DNA of 64,000 nucleotides from Candidatus Woesearchaeota archaeon (GTDB lineage Archaea; Nanobdellota; Nanobdellia; Woesearchaeales; GW2011-AR4): NCBI GenBank assembly GCA_016188245.1, contig JACPIE010000019.1, positions 1,442 to 65,441 of the forward strand, read 5' to 3'. Shown piece by piece: positions 52,683 to 60,485 of this stretch (position 1 is its first letter; each line of letters starts with the position of its first letter). The notes under the pieces were generated by a model. It saw only the letters and a program-made list of their open reading frames with translations, ran no database searches and was not told where the DNA came from. The position numbers and the translations under genes were made by a program.

Positions 52683-52798
52683 ATGAAACAAAATTTAATG
52701 GAGGTAGCGCTGTTGCAGATATTGACTTGAATGGAGATATGGAAGTAATTGTAGCTGATGTTCATAAAAATTTTGGAGGTGTTAGTTATGGATTTTAG
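52679..52798 (+). pseudogene. 39-codon mini-ORF or gene fragment encoding a single FG-GAP-type repeat
   Basis: Its product is MNETKFNGGSAVADIDLNGDMEVIVADVHKNFGGVSYGF. Residues 2-28 match NRTKFNGGSAVADIDLDGDMEVIVADV, encoded at 54521-54601, at 25 of 27 positions. The DNA differs mostly at third codon positions. Its ATG overlaps the preceding TGA (ATGA). Confidence 0.4.
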
Positions 52799-53039
52799 AA
52801 GATATAAAAGCTGGATAATAGGATGGTTTATTTTAACATTAATTCTTAACGTATTAAATTATTTATTTCTCATTCTTGTATATTGCAAAAGAACTTATGA
52901 TTGGAAATTTCTTGCATACCTTAGTCCTTGCTCTGCTTCGTATCAAAATTTTGCAATGACTTATTTTGTAGTATTTGGAATTGTGTCTTTTATATTGATT
53001 TTAGTTATATATTTAATTGTTACAAAATGGAAAAGGTAA
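52788..53039 (+). CDS. Small two/three-TM membrane protein
   Basis: I prefer ATG 52788 (MDFRRYKSWIIGWFILTL...) because GGAGGTG lies 8 nt upstream. The ORF track gives 52758. It overlaps the protease start by 13 nt. Confidence 0.4.
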   Translation: MDFRRYKSWIIGWFILTLILNVLNYLFLILVYCKRTYDWKFLAYLSPCSASYQNFAMTYFVVFGIVSFILILVIYLIVTKWKR

Positions 53040-55825
53040 ATATATTAATTGTGGTGTTTATAGCAACTTTTGTTGCTTTTAGTTTAGATGTACTAGCCTT
53101 AGATGACGCTATTAAAATCATTGGAGCAAAAACTCTGCATCAATCCGGTATACGAGGTGATGATTATACTGCATGTATTATTGATACTGGAATCGATTAC
53201 ACCCATCCAAATTTAGGAGGTTGTACAGAAGTCCAATTTTTAAACGGAAATTGTGGAAGAATTGTTGGTGGTTACGATTTTGGAAACGATGACACTAATC
53301 CAATAGATGAAAATGGGCATGGAACATTAGTGTCTGGTATATTAGTATCAAATGATTCAACTTACACAGGCGTTGCACCAAATTCAAAAATTGTTTTTAT
53401 GAAAATATTAAATGACTCATGGACGAGTTCTAGTTTGGTTTCTGATAAATTTTTCTTGAATGTGAAAAGGGCACTTAGGTGGTGTATAGATAATAGTACA
53501 AAGTATAATATATCTGTGATAAGCATGAGTATAGGTAATTATTCAAATGTTTATCCTGATAATTGCACAGATTTTTATAACCTCTCTCCAGAAATAATAG
53601 ATGCAAGATTAAAAAACATACCAGTAGTAGTAGCTGCTGGTAATTCTTTTGATAGCAAAAATCCAGTATTTAAATTAGGTTATCCAGCATGTTTGTACAA
53701 TATTACTTCGGTAGGTGCAACAAGGAATTCAAATGTAATGGCACCTTTTTCTAATAGAGCAACTGGTCTAGATTTAGTTGCACCTGGTGTAGATATACGT
53801 TCTACTAAGCTTGGTGGTGGATTTACAAACATATTTGATGATTTACTGGGGTGCGTACCTTTATTTGGTTGGATTTTTACGTGTACGAGTGGCACATCAT
53901 TTTCAACTCCACAAGTTGCTGGAGCAGTAAATCTAATAAAACAGCATGATCCTGCTATTAAAATTTATCAAATTGAAGAGATACTTAGAGAGAATTCCGA
54001 CACTAGCAACGAAGGATATAAAAGAATTAATCTACTAAAAGCACTCCATGTTCTCGACTGGCCAACAGAAAACCACGACTACAGAAGAACTGGCTTCACA
54101 TTGCTAAAAGGTGATATGACAAGCAGAGATGTTGCAAGAAACCAGCTAGACTTCTTCTTAGACGCTGTTAACGACAACATAGAGCAAGTTGTAAAACCGT
54201 CTATAGCTGATATAGATGGAGATGGAAAAATGGACCAAGTTATTATTGTCCATAAGCCAGTAATGCAGAATTTTTCTTTAATGTATGGGACTACTGTAAA
54301 GCCAACGCCAAAAAGAAAATGGACAAATCCTGTTGAGGTAAGAGGCGGTACTGATGGAGCTATTTACTTCCCACCAACATTAGCAGACATTGACAGCGAT
54401 AATAAAAAAGAAATTATAACAGGGACTAGAAACGGAACTATTTACGCTTATGATTTTGACGGCGGACAGCCGACAATTAAATGGAGATTTGTCACAGAGC
54501 CCAGGTTTGATGGCTTAAACAACAGAACTAAATTCAATGGGGGCTCGGCTGTTGCTGACATTGACTTGGACGGCGACATGGAAGTCATTGTTGCTGATGT
54601 TCTTGATGCAGATGACGAATGGCCTGGAAAGGTTTATGTTCTTGATGGAGGGACAGGGACAAATCAAACAAGCTACATAGTTGGTAATGGTGGAGCTTAC
54701 GCAAGTGTTTCTGTTGCTAACATCGATAGTGATGATAATCCTGAGATTGTAGTTCCTACGCAGTATGGCATTAAAGTGTTGGATTATAATAAAGCGACTA
54801 ATACACTGACTGAGAAATGTTCCAACACTCATGGATTAATTGAAGGTTCTGCTGTGATTAGCGATGTGGATAAAGACAATGAATATGAAATTGTTTACGT
54901 CACTAACAACCATGTATGTGCTGCTGGAAAGACTTGTGCTAACAAGTTATATGTTGTGAATGCCAGTTCATGCGGGAATACTCCAGAATTAGAGGTTACT
55001 TTTAGTGACATCCCAAGGCCTACTGTTACTGTAGCAAATCTTGATTCTGATTCGCAAAGTGAAATAATTGTGTCTTCTGTAACTAGTTTAGACCTCGGGC
55101 TGGGAAATATCACTGCAATAGACAGCGTTAGCGGAACAAGGCAATGGAGCTATAATAATGGCGGCAGCCTGCACCCAGGCTTTGTCAGCCCAAACATAGC
55201 TGACATAGACAATGATGGAAACTACAATATAATTCTAGGCGAGAATGATGGCTCTATGGTTTATGTTTTAAAGCACGATGGCGCCCCATTATTTAATTAT
55301 TCGGTAATCGGTTTCATGGACAACGGCATAGCAATAGCCGACCTTGATAATGATGGAATGGCAGAAATAGCGTTCAAAAGAGCCGCTTCTCCAGAAACTG
55401 TTTTTGTTAGTGTTTCGAATATTAATTCACCTCCAGAAATAACTAAAATAAGCAATGTTACAGCTATAGCGGGCAATTTGATTAACATAAGCCAGTTAAT
55501 CTCAACTTCAGATGCAGAAGGAAATGGTATAAACTTATTTTACAGCTCACCTTTCAATTCATCAGGACAATGGCAAACTACAATAAATGATACTGGGAAT
55601 TACTCTATTTTGGTTGAAGCTTCTGACGGTAACTTATCAACTACAAATTTTATTGATGTTATTGTTTTCAATGAAACTACAAAGTTACAAAATCAATTCA
55701 CAGACGGAGCAACGCAAAAATTACTTAACTTTACCCAGCTAGGAAATCTAACAGTAAATGTAAGGCTTCCAAAAAACGCAACTGTGATTTATTCAAAATT
55801 AAAGATAACTGGATTAGCGCCATGA
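53027..55825 (+). CDS. Secreted subtilisin-like (S8) serine protease fused to an FG-GAP/integrin-alpha-like repeat region and a C-terminal Ig/cadherin-like domain
   Basis: The start is moved to ATG 53027 (MEKVNILIVVFIATFVAFSLDVLA signal). The catalytic motifs are IIDTGIDYTHPNL (Asp), ENGHGTLVSG (His) and SGTSFSTPQVAG (Ser). I count eight [AS][DN][ILV]D.D..-type Ca-binding repeats (ADIDGDGKMD, ADIDSDNKKE, ADIDLDGDME, ANIDSDDNPE, SDVDKDNEYE, ANLDSDSQSE, ADIDNDGNYN, ADLDNDGMAE). Confidence 0.8.
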   Translation: MEKVNILIVVFIATFVAFSLDVLALDDAIKIIGAKTLHQSGIRGDDYTACIIDTGIDYTHPNLGGCTEVQFLNGNCGRIVGGYDFGNDDTNPIDENGHGTLVSGILVSNDSTYTGVAPNSKIVFMKILNDSWTSSSLVSDKFFLNVKRALRWCIDNSTKYNISVISMSIGNYSNVYPDNCTDFYNLSPEIIDARLKNIPVVVAAGNSFDSKNPVFKLGYPACLYNITSVGATRNSNVMAPFSNRATGLDLVAPGVDIRSTKLGGGFTNIFDDLLGCVPLFGWIFTCTSGTSFSTPQVAGAVNLIKQHDPAIKIYQIEEILRENSDTSNEGYKRINLLKALHVLDWPTENHDYRRTGFTLLKGDMTSRDVARNQLDFFLDAVNDNIEQVVKPSIADIDGDGKMDQVIIVHKPVMQNFSLMYGTTVKPTPKRKWTNPVEVRGGTDGAIYFPPTLADIDSDNKKEIITGTRNGTIYAYDFDGGQPTIKWRFVTEPRFDGLNNRTKFNGGSAVADIDLDGDMEVIVADVLDADDEWPGKVYVLDGGTGTNQTSYIVGNGGAYASVSVANIDSDDNPEIVVPTQYGIKVLDYNKATNTLTEKCSNTHGLIEGSAVISDVDKDNEYEIVYVTNNHVCAAGKTCANKLYVVNASSCGNTPELEVTFSDIPRPTVTVANLDSDSQSEIIVSSVTSLDLGLGNITAIDSVSGTRQWSYNNGGSLHPGFVSPNIADIDNDGNYNIILGENDGSMVYVLKHDGAPLFNYSVIGFMDNGIAIADLDNDGMAEIAFKRAASPETVFVSVSNINSPPEITKISNVTAIAGNLINISQLISTSDAEGNGINLFYSSPFNSSGQWQTTINDTGNYSILVEASDGNLSTTNFIDVIVFNETTKLQNQFTDGATQKLLNFTQLGNLTVNVRLPKNATVIYSKLKITGLAP

Positions 55826-58800
55826 GAAAATTAAATTTAATATGGATTTTAGCATTATTTTTATTGATTCCAAATACTTTAGCTTACATAAACTGCACTA
55901 CATCAGCATGCCCATCTGGCTACACTGATAATGGAGAAGTGTGTCAAGGTTCAACATGTGTAAGAAACTGCACCAGAACCATATGTGGTTCTTCATGGAC
56001 ACAGGTTCATTCTAACACATTTGGATGGGATGTAAATGCAGATGACGAGCATTACCTTTCTTCAACAGGCTATACACCCACTGATGCTAAATATTGCTAT
56101 AATTTTAGCTATAAAGGTCCACCTGCTTCTGAACCAGAAATCAGAATGTGGGGCTCAACAAATCCTTCGTTTGATTGCGATGATGAAATGATAGGTGGAT
56201 TTAGGCAAGGTGCAGGCGAAGCAAATCCATGGTTTAATGGCATGAGCAGGTATGTTGGTGATAAAACAAATACAGATATAGAGCGTATTATTAAAATAGT
56301 AAGAGCTAGTGCTGAAGAAGATTCGGATTCAACTTATAGAAATAATGCTGCTGGAGAAAGCTCTATTTATTGTGGACCTACTACAGGTGCTTGCAGTTTG
56401 CATGGGGGAACTTCTAATTGTGATACAGACTGTTACAATAAAAGTACAGTAGGTCGAGTCGGTCAAGGTTATTACAAGGATAAAGGAGACGTAGATACAA
56501 CACTTTATGATGGTGCAGGATGTGGTGGCTTTGTAGATGCTAATGAATACTTATCTGCAACGTTTAAAGTTTATGAAACATTAGCCGTAATAGAAAATTC
56601 TGACCAAAGCTGCGACAGAATACATGAAGCCCCATCAGTTTCAAATGTTAGAGTCTTGCCATTAACACCAAACGCAGGACAAGACTTATTGTGCAATTAC
56701 ACCTATTCCGATCCTGAAAATTTTACAGAGCAGAACTCAAGCTATGAATGGTGGAAAAATAGTGTTAATCAAAATATTAACTCGCAAACTTTAGCTAATA
56801 GTAATCTAACACCCGGAGATAGTTGGTATTGTAAAGTAACTCCAAGCGATGGCTTGCTGTTTGGAACACAACAGCAAAGTGATAATACAGTGACTATAAG
56901 AAACGCTACACAAAATCCAATTTTTTATATAAATAATAGCCAAACTTGGAATCAAACAGGATATTTTGGAAAAGAAGAAAGTGTTATAGATTTCAATCAA
57001 GAATTAAATAATGCTTTAGCAAATTGCAGCGAGGACGCTGAAGGCTTTTGTAATGTATCTTTAACCTTTTCTTCAAATAATTTTGGTATATTAAATTTAT
57101 CTGATTTTGGTGTTTATTACACGCAAGGCAATGTAAGTGTAGTTGTATCACTTAAGATAGACTCCATAATTACAATGTACAGCAACAGCACCCTCAAAAT
57201 CTTCGAATTTGTCATATTAAATGATGGTCAGACAGCAGTTACAGACATTCAATGGCAGTTTGACACTAATAACAATTTTGTCATTAACAGCACTTCAAAC
57301 ATAAGCTCATTGGTTGCAAACGAAAAAGCATTTGTTTATGTGCAGTACAACTTTAGCGGCACAGGAAGCTATGACGTAAAAGCAAACGCTACTGGCTTGA
57401 GGCAATCTACTTCTGTAACAGCCTCCTTAAGTTCTAGTGTGGGCATTGGTGACTTGATAGTAAGCAGCTTTGATGATTTAAGCGTCCAGGGCACAAATGT
57501 CATATTTGAAATCCAAGCAAAAAACCAATTAAGTGAAAACATAAGCAATGTTAACTGGTCATTGGATACAAAGAATAACGAAATAATCAATGCGACTCAG
57601 TTATCTAGCTTAAGTCCAAACGAAACTATATTTATATTTGTAAATTATGATTATGGCACAGGCGGCACTTATGCTCCGACAGCCACAGTTACAAACACAA
57701 CTTACTCTGACACAAAAACAGCTTCTGTAACGACAAACACGGCTCCTGTTATAACACCAATCCCCGACATTGCCTTTAATGAAGATACTTATAATGACAG
57801 CTTAAATTTAAGCGATTACGTAAGCGATTCAGAAGATGCTGATTCATCTCTAAATTGGAAAGCTGAGAATAATGTCAATGTAATTGTGACAATAAACCAA
57901 ACAACAAAAAGAGCCAACTTTACAGCATTAGCAAACTGGTCTGGCTCTGAAAACGTTAAGTTTACAGTCAATGACACTTCCGGATTGACAGCAAATGACA
58001 CTATTTTAATTACTGTCAATGCAATCAATGACGCTCCAAGCTTTAATTCAAGCAAGCAAATTCCAAACATGACATGGCCGGAAGATATTGTAAACAACTC
58101 ACTAAACCTAAGCAAATATTTCTATGATATTGATGGCGATGCATTAAACTATACTTCAACAGGCACTCTTAATATCACTGTTTACATTGGCAACAACACA
58201 GGAATTGTAAATTTGACTCCAAATGCAAACTGGACTGGAATAAATTATGTTATCTTCACAGCAAAAGATATTGCTGGTTTAACAGCAACCAGCAACAATG
58301 TAACCTTAAATGTTACGCCAGTAAATGACTTTCCAACATTTACAGGTTCAATCCCGCAATGGAAATGGCAGGAAGATGTAATCAATGCTTCTTTAAACCT
58401 AACCCAATACTTTTCAGACATTGATGGAGATATTTTAAAATACAACTTCACTTCTGTAATCAACATAACAATCTTAATAAACAACAATACAGGCATTGTT
58501 AACTTTACTCCTGAACAGAATTTTAATGGTGTAAGATATGCAGTATTTACTGCTATTGATATGGAGAATTTAACTATTTCAAGCAATAATGTAACCTTAA
58601 ATGTCACTCCGATAAACGACCCTCCTGCAATTAATACATTTACGCCTTCAGATTTAGCACAAACAATAGTTTTAGGAAATAGCCTGGCATTTAACCACAC
58701 ATCAAGCGATGTGGATGGAGATACTTTAACTTATAGCTGGAAGCTTGATTCAACTCAAAAAAGCACAGAATTAGGATGGACTTACATTCCAAACAGCAGT

Positions 58801-59463
58801 GAACTTGGAAATCATAATGTTACTTTAAATGTCTCAGACGGAACTGCAAATGCAACAATGCAGTGGAATGTTTCTGTCATAAACCAATCCAGCATTAATG
58901 TTTATGATTTAACATTGCTAAGCCGGAACTCAACATCGGCTATTTTTGGGTTTAACATAAACAATACCGGCAACAGCGATATGTCAGGAATCAACTGGAG
59001 CCTTAACACGGGCCAGGAAACAATTTCAGCTAATGCCTTGTTCAGCCTGCAGCCTAATGAGAGCATATTTGTATTTGTAAGCTATAATTATTCTGCAGCG
59101 GGGGATTATACTATAACCGCGTCTGCAACGAACAAAACGCATGCAGACTCAGAAAGCATGGCAATTGATATTGAGGATATAGAAGCCTATAACCTGACTG
59201 TTGTGAACGAGTCCGGCACTAAAAGAATATTTGAGTTTATAATCAAAAATTCCTTAGACACTAACCTAACTAATGTCAACTGGACTTTTGATACCAAGAG
59301 TGGCAACGTTATAAATGCCACTGCAAACAACATGCTGCAGCCAAGCGAGGAATTGTTCGTTTATATTGACTATAACTTTACAGGAGCTGGAACATTTAAT
59401 GTAAATGCAACGGCAAGAAACGGGACTTTAACTGATTCAAGGAATTTGACGATAACGATATAA
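55822..59463 (+). CDS. Giant secreted adhesin-like protein (Cys-rich head, CARDB-like and cadherin-like repeats)
   Basis: It has a signal peptide (MRKLNLIWILALFLLIPNTLA), and its ATG overlaps the protease stop (ATGA). The order is a Cys-rich N-terminal region, 2 CARDB-like modules, about 4 tandem ~97-aa cadherin-like modules, then 2 more CARDB-like modules. Sequons occur throughout. No C-terminal anchor is evident. Confidence 0.75.
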   Translation: MRKLNLIWILALFLLIPNTLAYINCTTSACPSGYTDNGEVCQGSTCVRNCTRTICGSSWTQVHSNTFGWDVNADDEHYLSSTGYTPTDAKYCYNFSYKGPPASEPEIRMWGSTNPSFDCDDEMIGGFRQGAGEANPWFNGMSRYVGDKTNTDIERIIKIVRASAEEDSDSTYRNNAAGESSIYCGPTTGACSLHGGTSNCDTDCYNKSTVGRVGQGYYKDKGDVDTTLYDGAGCGGFVDANEYLSATFKVYETLAVIENSDQSCDRIHEAPSVSNVRVLPLTPNAGQDLLCNYTYSDPENFTEQNSSYEWWKNSVNQNINSQTLANSNLTPGDSWYCKVTPSDGLLFGTQQQSDNTVTIRNATQNPIFYINNSQTWNQTGYFGKEESVIDFNQELNNALANCSEDAEGFCNVSLTFSSNNFGILNLSDFGVYYTQGNVSVVVSLKIDSIITMYSNSTLKIFEFVILNDGQTAVTDIQWQFDTNNNFVINSTSNISSLVANEKAFVYVQYNFSGTGSYDVKANATGLRQSTSVTASLSSSVGIGDLIVSSFDDLSVQGTNVIFEIQAKNQLSENISNVNWSLDTKNNEIINATQLSSLSPNETIFIFVNYDYGTGGTYAPTATVTNTTYSDTKTASVTTNTAPVITPIPDIAFNEDTYNDSLNLSDYVSDSEDADSSLNWKAENNVNVIVTINQTTKRANFTALANWSGSENVKFTVNDTSGLTANDTILITVNAINDAPSFNSSKQIPNMTWPEDIVNNSLNLSKYFYDIDGDALNYTSTGTLNITVYIGNNTGIVNLTPNANWTGINYVIFTAKDIAGLTATSNNVTLNVTPVNDFPTFTGSIPQWKWQEDVINASLNLTQYFSDIDGDILKYNFTSVINITILINNNTGIVNFTPEQNFNGVRYAVFTAIDMENLTISSNNVTLNVTPINDPPAINTFTPSDLAQTIVLGNSLAFNHTSSDVDGDTLTYSWKLDSTQKSTELGWTYIPNSSELGNHNVTLNVSDGTANATMQWNVSVINQSSINVYDLTLLSRNSTSAIFGFNINNTGNSDMSGINWSLNTGQETISANALFSLQPNESIFVFVSYNYSAAGDYTITASATNKTHADSESMAIDIEDIEAYNLTVVNESGTKRIFEFIIKNSLDTNLTNVNWTFDTKSGNVINATANNMLQPSEELFVYIDYNFTGAGTFNVNATARNGTLTDSRNLTITI
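57742..58883 (+). repeat. About 4 tandem ~290-nt (~97-aa) coding repeats (cadherin/Ig-like modules) inside the adhesin gene; boundaries approximate
   Basis: Unit boundaries are marked by ..NAINDAPSF.., ..TPVNDFPTF.. and ..TPINDPPAI... Units 2 and 3 are the most similar (NNTGIVNLTPNANWTGINYVIFTAKDIAGLTATSNNVTLNVTPVND versus NNTGIVNFTPEQNFNGVRYAVFTAIDMENLTISSNNVTLNVTPIND). Confidence 0.7.
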
Positions 59464-59479
59464 GATTATTAAGAAATTC

Positions 59480-59815
59480 TTATTTCCCCTTACCCTTCTT
59501 CATTGCGATTGTCCTGACTACAGACTCAAGCTGCTTCTGGTTTTTTCGCGTCAGGGTGTACGTGTAAAAAATGGCTACAATCATGAAAAGAAAGCCGCCT
59601 ATTGTCAGCAGGTCAAGCGCCCTTAAAAATCCTATTTTTTTGACGATTGGATCCAATATGAATGGAAACAGCGCAATGGTGATAAAGATTACCCACAGCA
59701 GCAGCCAGAAACCGAATTCCCTGACTGTAAACTCTTTTCTTTTGTAGTTTAGGAAAGAGTAGTACAGCATAAACAAGCCAAACAAAAGCCCCGCTATCTG
59801 AATTCCAAGCACCAT
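59480..59815 (-). CDS. DUF2304-like small membrane protein (usual partner of a GT2 polyprenyl-phosphate glycosyltransferase)
   Basis: The 111-aa ORF has 4 TM helices and contains LLFGLFMLYYSFLNYKRKEFTVREFGFWLLLW. It lies 1 nt downstream of the GT2 gene. Confidence 0.6.
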   Translation of the reverse strand: MVLGIQIAGLLFGLFMLYYSFLNYKRKEFTVREFGFWLLLWVIFITIALFPFILDPIVKKIGFLRALDLLTIGGFLFMIVAIFYTYTLTRKNQKQLESVVRTIAMKKGKGK

Positions 59816-59816
59816 T

Positions 59817-60485
59817 TTATTTTCCGTTAGACGCTCTCCACCAAATCAAATTTAATACTATTTTTATGCCGTCAATGATTGTTGTTCCTTTATATTTATC
59901 CGAGTAGATTGTCTGTATCGGAATCTGCACATATTTTAACTTTTGCTTTCCTGCCCTTGCTATCATCTCGGATTCTATTGAATAATCTGAAGCGCTCCAT
60001 CGCATCTTTTTATAGGCTTCTCTTGAAAAAGCCCTGTAGCCGCATTGGGTGTCTTTCAGCCTTATTCCGTATAGCATATCCACGGCATTTGAAATGAACA
60101 AGTTTCCAAATCTAAGCACAAATGGCATTTTGCTGCTTGTTTTCCTGTAGCTGAAAACAACATCATACTTCCTTAACTTTTCTATAAATCTAGGCATATC
60201 TTCAGGATTGTGCTGCGCATCCGCGTCCAATACTACAAAAAACTTTGCGCCTTTCTTGAATGCAAAATCACATCCGGTTTTGAGTGCAGCGCCCTTTCCA
60301 AGATTCACTATGTGCCTCAATACAACAGCTCCTGCCTTATTCCCAAATTCCTTTGTTTTGTCTGTTGAGCCGTCATCGACTAAAACAACATTGCCTGCAT
60401 ATTTCTTTGTTTTTTTGATTATGCCGAATATGTTCTTTTGCTCATTGTGGGCGGGAATCACAGCCCAAACACTGCTTGTTGCCAT
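59817..60485 (-). CDS. GT2-family polyprenyl/dolichyl-phosphate glycosyltransferase
   Basis: It has WAVIPAHNEQKNI, VLVDDGSTDKT, NLGKGAALKTG and VLDADAQHNP. It directly abuts the aglB stop. Confidence 0.85.
   Translation of the reverse strand: MATSSVWAVIPAHNEQKNIFGIIKKTKKYAGNVVLVDDGSTDKTKEFGNKAGAVVLRHIVNLGKGAALKTGCDFAFKKGAKFFVVLDADAQHNPEDMPRFIEKLRKYDVVFSYRKTSSKMPFVLRFGNLFISNAVDMLYGIRLKDTQCGYRAFSREAYKKMRWSASDYSIESEMIARAGKQKLKYVQIPIQTIYSDKYKGTTIIDGIKIVLNLIWWRASNGK

Noticed and set aside
59464-59479. A short palindromic-looking sequence (TAAGAAATTCTTA) between the convergent adhesin and DUF2304-like genes, considered as a bidirectional terminator.
   Set aside because: The arms are only 5 bp with a 1-nt centre, so no feasible hairpin can form. 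The 16-nt gap is simply too short to carry a structured element.
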